64,000 bases of DNA from an uncultured Actinomycetes bacterium (GCA_963767005.1 CAVYCN010000004.1:96001-160000), one strand, 5' to 3'; shown: positions 52,977 through 63,185, numbered from the stretch's first letter. Program-made: numbers and translations. The notes: generated from the sequence alone by a model not told the origin.

Positions 52977-53065
52977 CGCAGCGGAGCGTGCGTCCCCACG
53001 TACTCCTCGACCCAGGACCGATACGAGTCCAGTAGCGCTGAGCCCACGAGACGCGAGGAACGAAG

Positions 53066-53695
53066 ATGACCATCAAGGAACGAGCTGACGCGGCACGCAA
53101 CCGGCGGACGATCCTCAACGCCGCTTCCGCCCTGTTCGCGACGACCTCCGATCCCCTGGCGGTCACGATGGATGATGTCGCGGCTGCGGCCGGCGTGGGC
53201 AAGGGCACCGTGTTCCGTCGTTACGGCGATCGGGCCGGGCTGCTGCGCGCGGTCTTCGAGACCCGGATGGCCGCGCTGACCGAGGCCATCGCCACAGGTC
53301 CACCGCCGCTGGGTCCGGCCACGCCGGCGCGCGCGCGCATTGCTGCCGTCCACGACGCCATAGTCGAGGCCAAGCTGGAGAACCGGCAGATCACGCTCGC
53401 GCTCGAGCAGATCGAGCGGCGTCCCTCCCGCAACTCCTTCTTCGACACGCCGAACTACAAGAACGCCCATGCCTTGTTCTGCGAGCTGCTCGTCGACATC
53501 ATGGGCGCCGAGCGCGCGAGCTGGACTGCCCATGCGCTGCTCTCCCTTGCGCGCATCGACCTGATCGAGCACATGGTCTCTGCAGAAGGCTGGACCGACC
53601 TGCAGGTACGGCGTCAAATCGGCAACCTCGTCGAGCAGATCCTCGGACGTGATACCGAGCAACTCGGTCCCCGCGCGGTCAGCCGAGAGTCTTAA
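53066..53695 (+). CDS. TetR family transcriptional regulator
   Basis: RADAARNRRTILNAA, MDDVAAAAGVGKGTVFRRY. Confidence 0.92.
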   Translation: MTIKERADAARNRRTILNAASALFATTSDPLAVTMDDVAAAAGVGKGTVFRRYGDRAGLLRAVFETRMAALTEAIATGPPPLGPATPARARIAAVHDAIVEAKLENRQITLALEQIERRPSRNSFFDTPNYKNAHALFCELLVDIMGAERASWTAHALLSLARIDLIEHMVSAEGWTDLQVRRQIGNLVEQILGRDTEQLGPRAVSRES

Positions 53696-54028
53696 CACCG
53701 TCCAAGACGTGGTGCGTTGGGCGGGGGCATAGCGAACGCCCCGAAAGTGACCCGGGCGCGCGTGAACGGCCCGCTCTCGAACCTTCCGGCGTTCGCTGTC
53801 GCTTTCTCGATCGATGACATCGCGCCCATGGTGCGCAACAAGGAAATGCGAGTACACATCTGGTAGCAGCGGAGAGTCACGAGGAGAGGCCGTCAGTGCG
53901 ATCCTGGAGACGAGACCCCGGGTCACGGGGCGGCAGACGTTGCGCAGACATCACGATGACGGACAGAGATGGCGATCTGCCGCGCTGATGTCGCACACTT
54001 CTGGTCACTCGACGAAAGGAAGCTCCTC

Positions 54029-55040
54029 ATGCGCGCACGGCGACTCGGCTCCAGCGGACCTCGCGTCTCCGCCCTCGGCCTCGGCTGTATGGGGATGTCC
54101 GGAGTCTACGGCCCTGCCGACGAGACCGAGAGCATCGCCACCATCCACGCCGCCCTCGACGCCGGTGTCACCCTGCTCGACACCGGCGACCTCTACGGCA
54201 TGGGCCACAACGAGCTGCTCATCGGCCGGGCGCTTCGGGGCCGGGGCAGAGGCGAGGTGACGATCAGCGTCAAGTTCGGTGCGCAGCGTGACCCGGACGG
54301 CGGCTGGCTCGGCTACGACGCCCGTCCGGCCGCGGTCAAGACGGCCCTTGCCTACACGCTGCGCCGGCTCGGCAGCGACTACGTCGGCGTCTATCGGCCA
54401 GCGCGGCTCGACCCCGCGGTGCCGATCGAGGACACTGTCGGCGCGATCGCCGAGCTGGTGCAGGCCGGCCACGTGCGCCGCGTGGGGCTCTCCGAGGTCG
54501 GCGTCGACACCATCCGGCGCGCTCACGCCGTGCACCCGATCAGCGACCTGCAGATCGAGTCCTCGCTGGTCTCTCGCGGCATCGAAGAGGAGATCCTGCC
54601 CACGTGCCGGGAGCTGGGCATCGCCGTCACCGCCTACGGCGTGCTGTCGCGTGGGCTGCTCAGCAGCGCCTGGTCGGCCGGTCACGAGATGGCCGGCGGC
54701 GACATGCGGGCGCACATGCCGCGCTTCCAGGGCGAGAACCTGACCCGCAACCTGGCCCTGGTCGAACAGCTGCAGAGCGTCGCCGAGCAGATGGGCGCGA
54801 GCGCGGCACAGGTGGCGATCGCCTGGGTGTCGTCCCGCGGCGAAGGACATCGTCCCGCTGGTCGGCGCACGGCGTCGGGAGCAGCTGGCTGAGGCCCTGC
54901 CGGCTCTCGACCTCGTGCTGTCGGCCGCGCAGCTGGCCCGGGTCGAGGCCGCCGCGCCGGCAGGCGCCGTCGCCGGTGAGCGCTACGCGCCCGCGCAGAT
55001 GGCGACGCTCGACAGCGAGCGCCCGGCGACGGGAAAGTGA
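54029..55040 (+). pseudogene. Aldo/keto reductase with a single extra base near 54842-54846 (frameshift or sequence error)
   Basis: LGLGCMGMS, LDTGDLYG, ISVKFG; after AWVSSRGE the conserved DIVPLVGARRREQL..GERY continues in the +1 frame (GGC GAA G GAC) to TGA 55040. Confidence 0.85.
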
Positions 55041-55187
55041 CACAGGCGACGGCGCTCGGCTCGGGGCAGCTCGTCGCAGCGGTCGGATAGGACTGGGCTG
55101 TCGCGAGAGGGCTGTGAGCGATCGGATAGGCGACCGGACAGCAGAAGGTGTCGATTTACAGGGATTACGTTGTGATTGTGACAACGA

Positions 55188-55263
55188 TGGTGGAGCATAG
55201 CGGAATCGAACCGCTGACCTCCTGGGTGCGATCCAGGCGCTCTCCCAGCTGAGCTAATGCCCC
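55188..55263 (-). tRNA. tRNA-Ala (anticodon CGC)
   Basis: GGGGCATTAGCTCAGCTGGGAGAGCGCCTGGATCGCACCCAGGAGGTCAGCGGTTCGATTCCGCTATGCTCCACCA; G3:U70 pair, encoded CCA. Confidence 0.97.
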
Positions 55264-55448
55264 ACGCAAGGCGGCCGCGCGGTCGCCGCGACGACCACCG
55301 CGCGTCCCCGTTTGTACCCGATTCCGTCGGAGTCGGCAAGTTCGCGGCGCGTCGGGCGGGGTGTTCCCGCGCCGCCGCGTCGGCATAGACTAGCCGCACG
55401 GCGGACGAGCGACCGGTCGCAAGGGGCCGGCGGGAGGGCGACGTTCAG

Positions 55449-56528
55449 ATGGATCCGAGCAAGGTGCGCGAGGCGTTCGAGGGCGGCGCCGCCAAGGCGG
55501 CGCCGCGCTCCGGCGCCCCGCGGGTCGTGGCCCCCATCCTGCACGGTGACGTGCCGACCTTCGCCGAGGCGCCGCCCGCCCGCGTCGTCGCCGACCTGCA
55601 GGGGGCGGGCGCGGCTGTGCTGGGTATCCCCTTCGAGGGCATCGCGCGGCTCGACCCGGTCACCCTGGGTCCGCCCGGCTGCGCGGCGGCGCCGGACGGC
55701 TCGATCTACTACCGCAGTGGCGCCGACGCCGGCCCCGACGCCATCCGTCGGCACTCGATCTTCTACTCGCTGCGCCACGGGCGCGGCTACCTGCCCGAGG
55801 CCGACCCCGGCCTCGTCGTGCTCGACCACCTGCGGCTCGTCGACTACGGCGACGTAGCCGCCGTGCCGGGCGACGTCGCGGAGACGTTCCTGCGGGCGCA
55901 CGACAGGCTCGCCGACATCCTCGCCGCCGGCGCGGTGCCGATCGTGCTCGGCGGCGACCACTCAATCCCTATCCCGGTGCTGCAGGTGCTCGCCGGCAAG
56001 CTCAACGGCAAGCTCGGCATCGTCGTCTTCGACGCGCACTTCGACATGAGCTACGAGCCCAAGTACGAGGCCGGCTCGCAGTGGGCGCGGGCCTTCGAGC
56101 TGGGCGTGGTCGAGCCGGCCAACTTCGTGCAGATCGGGCTGCGCGGCGGCCGCGGCTCGCTGTCCGACCGCGTCGTCGCCGACGAGCTCGGCAGCCGCTA
56201 CTTCACGATGGCCGACGTCGACGAGCTCGGTATCGTCGCGGTGGCCCAGGAGGCGCTCGAGGCCGCGACGGCCGGCACCGAGGCGATGTACGTGTCGCTC
56301 GACGTCGACGCCGTCGATCCCGCCTACGGCGGTCAGAAGCACCCCGATCCGGGCGGCCTGTCGGCCCGCGAGCTGCTGCGCGCGCTGCGCCTGCTGTCGC
56401 GCGGGCCGGTCGCGGGCTTCGACGTCTGCGGCCTCGCCCCGCGCTACGACCTGCAGGGCCACCTCAGCCAGCTCGCCGCTCGGGCGGCGCTCGAGGTCGT
56501 CGCCGGCATCGCCGTCCAGCGCCCCTAG
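55449..56528 (+). CDS. Agmatinase/arginase (ureohydrolase) family protein
   Basis: GPDAIR, GGDHS, DAHFD, SLDVDAVDP, PGGLS. Confidence 0.9.
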   Translation: MDPSKVREAFEGGAAKAAPRSGAPRVVAPILHGDVPTFAEAPPARVVADLQGAGAAVLGIPFEGIARLDPVTLGPPGCAAAPDGSIYYRSGADAGPDAIRRHSIFYSLRHGRGYLPEADPGLVVLDHLRLVDYGDVAAVPGDVAETFLRAHDRLADILAAGAVPIVLGGDHSIPIPVLQVLAGKLNGKLGIVVFDAHFDMSYEPKYEAGSQWARAFELGVVEPANFVQIGLRGGRGSLSDRVVADELGSRYFTMADVDELGIVAVAQEALEAATAGTEAMYVSLDVDAVDPAYGGQKHPDPGGLSARELLRALRLLSRGPVAGFDVCGLAPRYDLQGHLSQLAARAALEVVAGIAVQRP

Positions 56529-56797
56529 CGGCCGCTGCGCCCCGTCGCCCGCCGAGGCGACGCCGGCGCGCTCCACAGGCCGTTTTCGTCGCCTCGCGCG
56601 GCGACGGTTTCGCACCCCTCGCTCAGGCTCTCCAGGAGCTCTCTCAGGCTCGCGCCGGGGGCTCTTTCGGGCCTTCGGGCGTTGCCACGTTGGCGACATA
56701 GACAGGCGTCCTATGTCACCCCCCCGGGGGGCTGGCGATGTCAGCTCCCGAAGGATCGAAAGGGGTCGAGATGCAGACCATCGAGGGGAGGACGGCG

Positions 56798-56971
56798 ATG
56801 ACGCGTAAGGAGAAGGCCGAGGTCGTCGATCGCATGCTCGACCGGTACCACCACCTCGGCACACTGCTCGTCGGCGACGACGAGAGCTTGTGCCGTCTGC
56901 TCACCACGCTCGAGATCGGGGCCGAGGACCGCGAGATCGGCGACTACCTCACGTCGTTTCTCGTCGTCTAG
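56798..56971 (+). CDS. Small hypothetical protein (57 aa)
   Basis: GGAGG RBS 6 nt before ATG, GC3-rich codons; alternative ATG at 56771. Confidence 0.6.
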   Translation: MTRKEKAEVVDRMLDRYHHLGTLLVGDDESLCRLLTTLEIGAEDREIGDYLTSFLVV

Positions 56972-59900
56972 AAGGGCTCGCCTCTGAGGCGCGGCGTCCG
57001 GTCCGGGGGGGCCGTTCGTCGCGCCTCGCCGCAGCCGCGCCCGGTCGTGCCTCGCTCGCTTCCTCGGCAGCCGCGCCCGGTCGTGCCTCGCTCGCTTCCT
57101 CGGCAGCCGCGCCCGGTGAGAAGCGGGCCACCCGGTCGCGGCCCGCGCGCTTGGCCATGTGCATCGCCCAGCGCGCCTTGTCGATGAGCTCGTCCTTGCG
57201 GCTCGCGTCGGCCGGGTACGACGCGAGGCCGACGCTCACGGTGAGCGGTGTGTCCTGACCGGGCAGCAGCGGCGCGGCGGCGACCTCGCGACGCAGGCGC
57301 TCGGCCACCTCGATAGCGGCGTCGGCGTCGGTGTCGATCAGGATGACGGCGAACTCCTCGCCGCCGAACCGCGCGGCGAGGTCGATGTGCCTGATGCAAC
57401 CGTCGATCACGCGCGCGACGCCGCGCAGCGCGTCGTCGCCCAGGTGGTGGCCGTGGCGCTCGTTGAAGTCGGTGAAACGGTCGAGGCCGCAGAAGAGCAG
57501 CGACACCGGCCGCCCGGTGTCGCCGGCGCGGCCGGCCTCTTCGGCGAGGCGCTCGTGCAGGTAGCGGTGGTTGTACAGGCCGGTGAGGCCGTCGGTGATG
57601 GCGTCGAGCTCGGTGCGGTCGGGGCGCGTGACCGCCGCGGCGAACACCGACGCGAAGGCCTGGGCGACGTCGCTGCGCAGGCCGCGCAGCTCCAGGCCGC
57701 TCACGCCGGCCGGCGCGACGTCGACCTCGACCACCGCCACGATCCGGCCCTGGCCGTCCCTGACCCGGGCGAGCCCGCACACCCAGACGCCCCACTGGTC
57801 GATGTAGAGGACGTTCACGTCGGGCGAGTCGCCGGCGAGCGTCTCGACCAGCTCGTCGTCGGCGAAGATCGCGCTGCCGGCGGGGGAGTGCTGCGTCGGG
57901 TCCTCCTCGGCGTCGAGGATGATGGCGCACTTCCCCTCGTCGTCGCGGACGACGGTGGTGATGAAGCGCACGCCGGGGTGCTCGTCGCGCAGCGCGCGCA
58001 AGGCGGCGGTGAGACGCGCGTAGTCGGGCGCGCCCTCGTCCCTCGAGGCGGCGAGCGCGACGTGCGCGTCGGCGTCGAGCGCCGCGGCTGCTGCCGCGGC
58101 GATCTCGCGCGCCTGGGAGCGCTGATCCTGCAGCCGCGCCAGCACGCGCTTGAAGGCGTCGACCATCGCGGGGTCGAACTGCGAGCCGCTGCAGCGGTCG
58201 AGCTCGGCGAGGGCCTCGTGGTAGCGCAGCGCCTGACGGTAGGGGCGCCGGAACGACATGGCGTCGTAGGAGTCGGCCACGCACATGGCGCGCGCCACGA
58301 GGGGGATCGCCTCGCCCGCCAGACCGTCGGGGTAGCCCGAGCCGTCCCAGTGCTCGTGGTGGTGGCGCACGCCGAGCACGAGCTCGTCGGTAAAGAGCGG
58401 ACGCAGGATATCGGCCGAGAAGATGGGGTGCTGCCGCATGAGCGTCCACTCGTGCGGGTTGAGGCCGCTCGGCTTGAGCAGCACGCGGTCGGGCACGCCG
58501 ATCTTGCCGATGTCGTGCAGGTAGGCGGTCTCCTCGACCTGACGGGTGGTCTCCTCGGACCAGCCCAGCTCGTGCCCCAGGAGCACCGTGTAGGCGCCCA
58601 CGCGCGCCGCATGCCCGAGGGTGTAGTAGTCCTTGGCGTTCAGGGCCGACGTCAGGGCCTTGAGGTTGCCGATGTGCAGGAGCTTGATCTCATCGTAGAG
58701 CCGGGCGTTGTTGATGGCGAGCGACAGGTGGGTGCCCACCCGTTCGAGCAGGTGACGGTCGACGCCGGCGAAGACGCGTTCGTCCGGACCCGAGAGCGAC
58801 AGCACGCCGATGAGGCGGTCGTCGCGCAGCAGCGCGATGCTCGCCCCGGCGCGCGGGCCGTCGGCCGACGGCAGCAGCGGCATCGTGCCGGTGGCGTGGA
58901 TCGCGACGCGCTCGCGGCGGATCGCCGCGAGCGCGTCGCGATCGCGCGGCGAGGCGTCGCGCGACCCGAGTCGCTCTGCCGGGTCGGACGAGTAGATGAG
59001 GTCGAGGTCGTGGTCGTCGCCGGCGAGCGCGAGGTCGGCGCGCTCGAAAGCGATGAGCGGCCGCAGCTCGTCGACGGTGGCCGCGGCGATCTCGGTGAGC
59101 TCGAGGCTCGAAGCGGTCCGGCGGGCGATGGCGTTCAGCAGCTCGGTCTCGCGCCGGCGCAGCTGCACAGCCTCGAAGAGGTTGGCGTTGTCGATGGCGA
59201 GGGCCGCCGCCCGGCAGACCGCCTCGGCGGTGGCCACCGTGCCCGCCGAGAAGCTCCGGGCGCGGGGGTCGAGCAGGTCGACGACCCCGATGACGCGGTC
59301 CTTGGCGACGAGCGGCACGAGGAGCTCGGCCTGATAGCCGTACGTCCGCAGCTCGGCGATCTCGATGGGCCCGCGGCGCGGGTCGTCGAGCGAGGTGAGC
59401 TGCACCGTCTCGCGACGCGACACCGCCAGCGCGACGGCGGGCCAGTCGGTCAGCGCGTGCGTGCTGCCGATCCACGCGGCGACCGGCTCGCCGCGCTTGA
59501 CGCTCGCCGCGCAGACGAGCTCGTCGCCCGAGACGAGGTGGATGTCGCACGACGGCACGGTGGTCACCTCGCAGAGTCGATCGGCCGTCGACTGGAGGAT
59601 GTCGGGCAGCTCGAGCGTCGCCGAGAGGCGCAGGCTCGCGTCCGACACCAGGGCGAGCCGCCGGCTGCTCTCGTCGAGCTGCCGGTAGAGGATCGCGTTG
59701 ACCATGGCCTGGGCGGCGATCTGGGCGAGGCCGTGCAGGAGCCGCACCTGGGCGAAGTCGCGGGCCTGGCGGTCGTAGAGGGCGACCAGGCCGACGACGT
59801 CCCCCCGGGCGATGAGCGGCAGGTAGATGCTCGCGCGGTGTCCGGCGGCCAGGGCCCGGGCGCGTTCCTCGGGCCCGAGGTCGGGGTCGACACTGACGTC

Positions 59901-61442
59901 GCGCATGGCGACGGGCTCGCGCAGGCGCACGACGCGGGCGGCGGCGCTGTCGGCGGCGAGCGGCCGGCGTTCTCCGCTCCGCTCCTCGCAGGCGTGCTCG
60001 CGGCCCATGCAGATGTGGACCATGAGCTCGTCGCCTTCGAGGCCCGTGATCTCGCACTCGTCGGCGCCGGTCAGGTCCCTCATGCGCGACGCGGCCGAGC
60101 TCAGCACCTCGTCGAGCTCGAGCGACGCGCCGAACTCGAGGCCCGAGTCGACGAGCTCGCGCAGCTCGCGGTTGCTCTGCTCCACGGCGTCGAGCAGGCG
60201 CGCCTTGCCGAGCGCGGCCGCCAGGAGCTGGCCCACGGTCTGCAGGAAGTCGCTGTACTGCGTGTAGTCGTTGGGCTCGTCGTCGTAGATGTCGAGCAGC
60301 CCATAGACGACGCCGTCGACCACGAGCGGCAGCGACAGGTTGCTGCGAAAGCCCCACTGCTCGAAGATGTCGCGCTCGTCGGGGTCGATCGCGGGGTCGT
60401 CGGGGGAGGCGATGATGCGGATCCGCTGCGACTCGATCGCCTCTTTGGCGCCGACGAAGCTGTCGAGCCGCAGGCTGTGGCCCACCGCCTCGTCGTCGAA
60501 GCCGTTCCGGTCGTAGCTGACCCGCGACAGCAGGCGGTCCCCTTCGAGCGTGAACACGTCGCAGTCGGCGACGTCGAGCACCTCGACCAGGCGCCGCGCG
60601 GCGGCGCGCAGGAGCGCGGTCAGGTCGTCGGCGCGGGTCACGAGCGCGCCGAACTCGACGAGCTCGTGCAGGATGACGTTGCGCTGGCGGACCTCGTCGA
60701 ACAGGACGGCCGTATCGAGCGCCCGCCCGGCCACGTGCGCGAGGCCCTCGATCAGCTCGAGGTGCTCGTGGAAGTCGCGTGGTACGTAGTCGGACAGCTC
60801 GAGGATGCCGATCACGGCGTCGCGCGCGACCAGCGGGGCGCTGAGCTGGGACTGGTAGCCCCATTTCTCGAGCGACGCCCGGCCGCCGGCCGTGAGCACC
60901 GGGTCGTCGAGGCTCGCGGCCAGGGCGATCCTGCGCGTTTCGACGGCGAGGGCGGTGCACGGAAAGTCGCGCACATCCAGGGTCGTGCCCTCCCACGAGC
61001 CGTCGAAGGCGCCGTGATCGTAGCTGACGAGGGCACGGATGCGTTCCCCTTCGACCGCGTAGATGTCGGCGACCGGCGTGTGGGTCAGGCGGGCCAGACG
61101 GCGGGCGACGCGCTCGAGGACGTCGCGCGTCGACAGCCGAGCCACGTCCTCGCCGGCCTCGACGATGAGCTCGAGATCGTGGTTGCGGGCCTGCAGAGCG
61201 GCGACGGTCGACGCCTCGGCGCCGTCGCTCGCGGCGGGTCGGGCGCGCTCGCCGGTCTCACGCAGGAGCGCCTCGATGTCGACTCGTCGAAAGCGGCGGT
61301 GGCCGCCGGCGCTGCGGTAGCAGACGACCCTGCCGGCGTCGCTCCAGCGCCGTAGCGTGTTGATGCTGACCCCGAGCAGCTCGGCCGCTGGACCGAGCCG
61401 CAGCCAGCGCCGTTCGGTCGTCGGCGTCGAAGCGCTCCCCAT
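56949..61442 (-). CDS. MerR/excisionase-type HTH + multiple GAF + HD-GYP + GGDEF protein
   Basis: AAELLGVSINTLRRW..GGHRRF; repeated GAFs; LHDIGK..HHEHWDGSGYP; DGLTGLYNHR..RFGGEEF; extended -10 TG-TG-TAGAAT upstream. Confidence 0.9.
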   Translation of the reverse strand: MGSASTPTTERRWLRLGPAAELLGVSINTLRRWSDAGRVVCYRSAGGHRRFRRVDIEALLRETGERARPAASDGAEASTVAALQARNHDLELIVEAGEDVARLSTRDVLERVARRLARLTHTPVADIYAVEGERIRALVSYDHGAFDGSWEGTTLDVRDFPCTALAVETRRIALAASLDDPVLTAGGRASLEKWGYQSQLSAPLVARDAVIGILELSDYVPRDFHEHLELIEGLAHVAGRALDTAVLFDEVRQRNVILHELVEFGALVTRADDLTALLRAAARRLVEVLDVADCDVFTLEGDRLLSRVSYDRNGFDDEAVGHSLRLDSFVGAKEAIESQRIRIIASPDDPAIDPDERDIFEQWGFRSNLSLPLVVDGVVYGLLDIYDDEPNDYTQYSDFLQTVGQLLAAALGKARLLDAVEQSNRELRELVDSGLEFGASLELDEVLSSAASRMRDLTGADECEITGLEGDELMVHICMGREHACEERSGERRPLAADSAAARVVRLREPVAMRDVSVDPDLGPEERARALAAGHRASIYLPLIARGDVVGLVALYDRQARDFAQVRLLHGLAQIAAQAMVNAILYRQLDESSRRLALVSDASLRLSATLELPDILQSTADRLCEVTTVPSCDIHLVSGDELVCAASVKRGEPVAAWIGSTHALTDWPAVALAVSRRETVQLTSLDDPRRGPIEIAELRTYGYQAELLVPLVAKDRVIGVVDLLDPRARSFSAGTVATAEAVCRAAALAIDNANLFEAVQLRRRETELLNAIARRTASSLELTEIAAATVDELRPLIAFERADLALAGDDHDLDLIYSSDPAERLGSRDASPRDRDALAAIRRERVAIHATGTMPLLPSADGPRAGASIALLRDDRLIGVLSLSGPDERVFAGVDRHLLERVGTHLSLAINNARLYDEIKLLHIGNLKALTSALNAKDYYTLGHAARVGAYTVLLGHELGWSEETTRQVEETAYLHDIGKIGVPDRVLLKPSGLNPHEWTLMRQHPIFSADILRPLFTDELVLGVRHHHEHWDGSGYPDGLAGEAIPLVARAMCVADSYDAMSFRRPYRQALRYHEALAELDRCSGSQFDPAMVDAFKRVLARLQDQRSQAREIAAAAAAALDADAHVALAASRDEGAPDYARLTAALRALRDEHPGVRFITTVVRDDEGKCAIILDAEEDPTQHSPAGSAIFADDELVETLAGDSPDVNVLYIDQWGVWVCGLARVRDGQGRIVAVVEVDVAPAGVSGLELRGLRSDVAQAFASVFAAAVTRPDRTELDAITDGLTGLYNHRYLHERLAEEAGRAGDTGRPVSLLFCGLDRFTDFNERHGHHLGDDALRGVARVIDGCIRHIDLAARFGGEEFAVILIDTDADAAIEVAERLRREVAAAPLLPGQDTPLTVSVGLASYPADASRKDELIDKARWAMHMAKRAGRDRVARFSPGAAAEEASEARPGAAAEEASEARPGAAAARRDERPPRTGRRASEASPSRRRETT
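57031..57117. repeat. 36-bp tandem repeat x2.4 in the C-terminal tail (PGAAAEEASEAR)
   Basis: GCAGCCGCGCCCGGTCGTGCCTCGCTCGCTTCCTCG repeated. Confidence 0.9.
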
Positions 61443-61667
61443 TGCACCTGTCCTCGTCGGCTCTTCGCCTGAAAACTTGACTAATTCTACACAGGGAGCC
61501 GGCGAAGGCACGCCCGATACGGGCCAAGGGGCATCACGGCGGACACCGCACGCTCACGCACCCCGACGGTGTGTCTTACGGAGCCACGACGAGCCCGCGC
61601 GCGCCGAGCTTGCGCGGACCGTGCACGACGAGCGCGCGCCGAGTCCCGCCCGCCGGGCCCCGTGCCG

Positions 61668-62741
61668 CTACCGGACCGCGGCGCGCGGCGTGGCGTCGAT
61701 CAGACGCGCGATGTCGTGGAAGACGGCCCCGGCCGGGCTCGAGGGATCGAGCGCCGGCGGCGCGCCGGCGTCGCCCGCGCTGCGGGTGCTCTCGTCGAGG
61801 GGGATGCGGCCGAGCAGCCTCGCGCCGGTGGCGCGCGCGATCTCCGAGGCGCCGCCCTGGCCGAAGATGTAATGCTTGGCGCCGCACGACGGACAGATGA
61901 AGTACGCCATGTTCTCGACGACCCCGATGACGCGGTGCCCGGTGAGGCCGGCCATCTTCGCGGCCTTGGCGGCGATCTTGGCGGCCGCCTCCTGGGGCGT
62001 GGTCACGACGACGATCTCCGCGGCGGGCAGCATCTGGGCGACGGTGAGAGCGATGTCGCCGGTCCCGGGCGGGAGGTCGATCAGCAGGTAGTCGGGACTG
62101 CCCCATAGCACGTCGCCGAGGAACTGCTCCATCGCGCGGCCGAGCATGGGTCCGCGCCAGACGACCGGCTCGTCGTCCTGCAGGAAGAAGCCCATCGAGA
62201 CGAGCGACACGCCGTGGCGCTCGGGCGGCACGAGCTTGCCGTCGTGCGACTCCGGCGCCACGTGCGCCATGCCGAACATGAGGGGGATGGTGGGGCCGTA
62301 GACGTCGGCGTCGATCAGGCCCACGGCGTGGCCGTGCATGGCCAGGGCGACGGCGATGTTCGCCGTGACGGTCGACTTGCCGACGCCGCCCTTGCCGCTC
62401 GCGATGGCGATCACGCGCGTCGCCGAGCCCGGACCGAACGGTGTCCTGGGCGCCTCGGGGCCTGCCTGCAGACCGGCCGCCAGGCGCTCGCACTCCTCAG
62501 GGGACATCGCGTCCATGACGACCTCGACGCGACGCGGGCCGGCGACCGCCGCGAGGGCCTGCTCCGCCTCGCCCTGGATGCGCCCCTTGAGGGGGCAGGC
62601 CGCGGTCGTGAGCACCAGGCGGACGGCGAGCACGTCGTCGGCGATTTCGATGTCACGCACCATGCCGAGCTCCACCACACTGCGGCGCAGCTCGGGGTCC
62701 TGCACGGTGGAGAGGGCGGTGAGGACGTCGTCGTTGTTCAC
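61668..62741 (-). CDS. mrp: Mrp/NBP35 (ApbC) Fe-S cluster carrier ATPase
   Basis: VQDPEL..TTAACP, SGKGGVGKST, DADVYGP, WRGPM, DLPPGTGD, ENMAYFICPSCG. Confidence 0.95.
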   Translation of the reverse strand: MNNDDVLTALSTVQDPELRRSVVELGMVRDIEIADDVLAVRLVLTTAACPLKGRIQGEAEQALAAVAGPRRVEVVMDAMSPEECERLAAGLQAGPEAPRTPFGPGSATRVIAIASGKGGVGKSTVTANIAVALAMHGHAVGLIDADVYGPTIPLMFGMAHVAPESHDGKLVPPERHGVSLVSMGFFLQDDEPVVWRGPMLGRAMEQFLGDVLWGSPDYLLIDLPPGTGDIALTVAQMLPAAEIVVVTTPQEAAAKIAAKAAKMAGLTGHRVIGVVENMAYFICPSCGAKHYIFGQGGASEIARATGARLLGRIPLDESTRSAGDAGAPPALDPSSPAGAVFHDIARLIDATPRAAVR

Positions 62742-63027
62742 ATGCGCTCCCGGGACGAGGGTGGGCACGAGTCGGCCGTGCGAGTCTAGCCCGCGACGCC
62801 ACGACGCGGCAACGTGGGCGGCGGCGGCGCTGCGGTGTGGCGACGGGCGCTCGGCGGCCGCGGCTCGCCGTGTACTTACCACTCTAGCGAGCGGGGCAAG
62901 CCTCGGAAACCCCCACGTCCGTTGGCGCGAAGGTGGCTGCATCAGTCGGCAGGGCGCAAGCCCTGCGCGACCCGCGACGCAGAGGTGAAGAGGCGGCACG
63001 CGGGCGGGGGACGGAGGACAGCGACGC

Positions 63028-63043
63028 CGTTTCACGTGAAACA
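63028..63043. promoter_or_regulatory. parS: parS centromere-like site
   Basis: CGTTTCACGTGAAACA, matching the GTTTCACGTGAAAC consensus; intergenic and about 33 kb from oriC. Confidence 0.85.
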
Positions 63044-63120
63044 GCGCTGTCCGTGAGCGGCAACATGATCGCACGAAGCGTGCGCCGTCTCGGGCCGGAG
63101 GGCCGGGCCGGGCCGGCGCC

Positions 63121-63161
63121 AAAAGAGAAGGGGCGAGCCGCGGCGCGGCTCGCCCCTTCTC
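63121..63161 (-). terminator. Intrinsic terminator downstream of kdd
   Basis: 17-bp stem GAGAAGGGGCGAGCCGC/GCGGCTCGCCCCTTCTC followed by TTTT on the minus strand. Confidence 0.8.
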
Positions 63162-63185
63162 GGGACCTGCGAGTGCGAGCGCGGC

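Larger units (their letters stand above)
51465..55212. mobile_element. Putative small genomic islet at the tRNA-Ala 3' end (no integrase)
   Basis: Degenerate direct repeat of the tRNA 3' end at 51465-51494; visibly more A/T-ending codons in the enclosed genes. Confidence 0.5.

Noticed and set aside
62890-62975. c-di-GMP-I riboswitch-like GGCAAG..GAAA
   Set aside because: The stem around GAAA does not pair and the GCAAAGC motif is missing.
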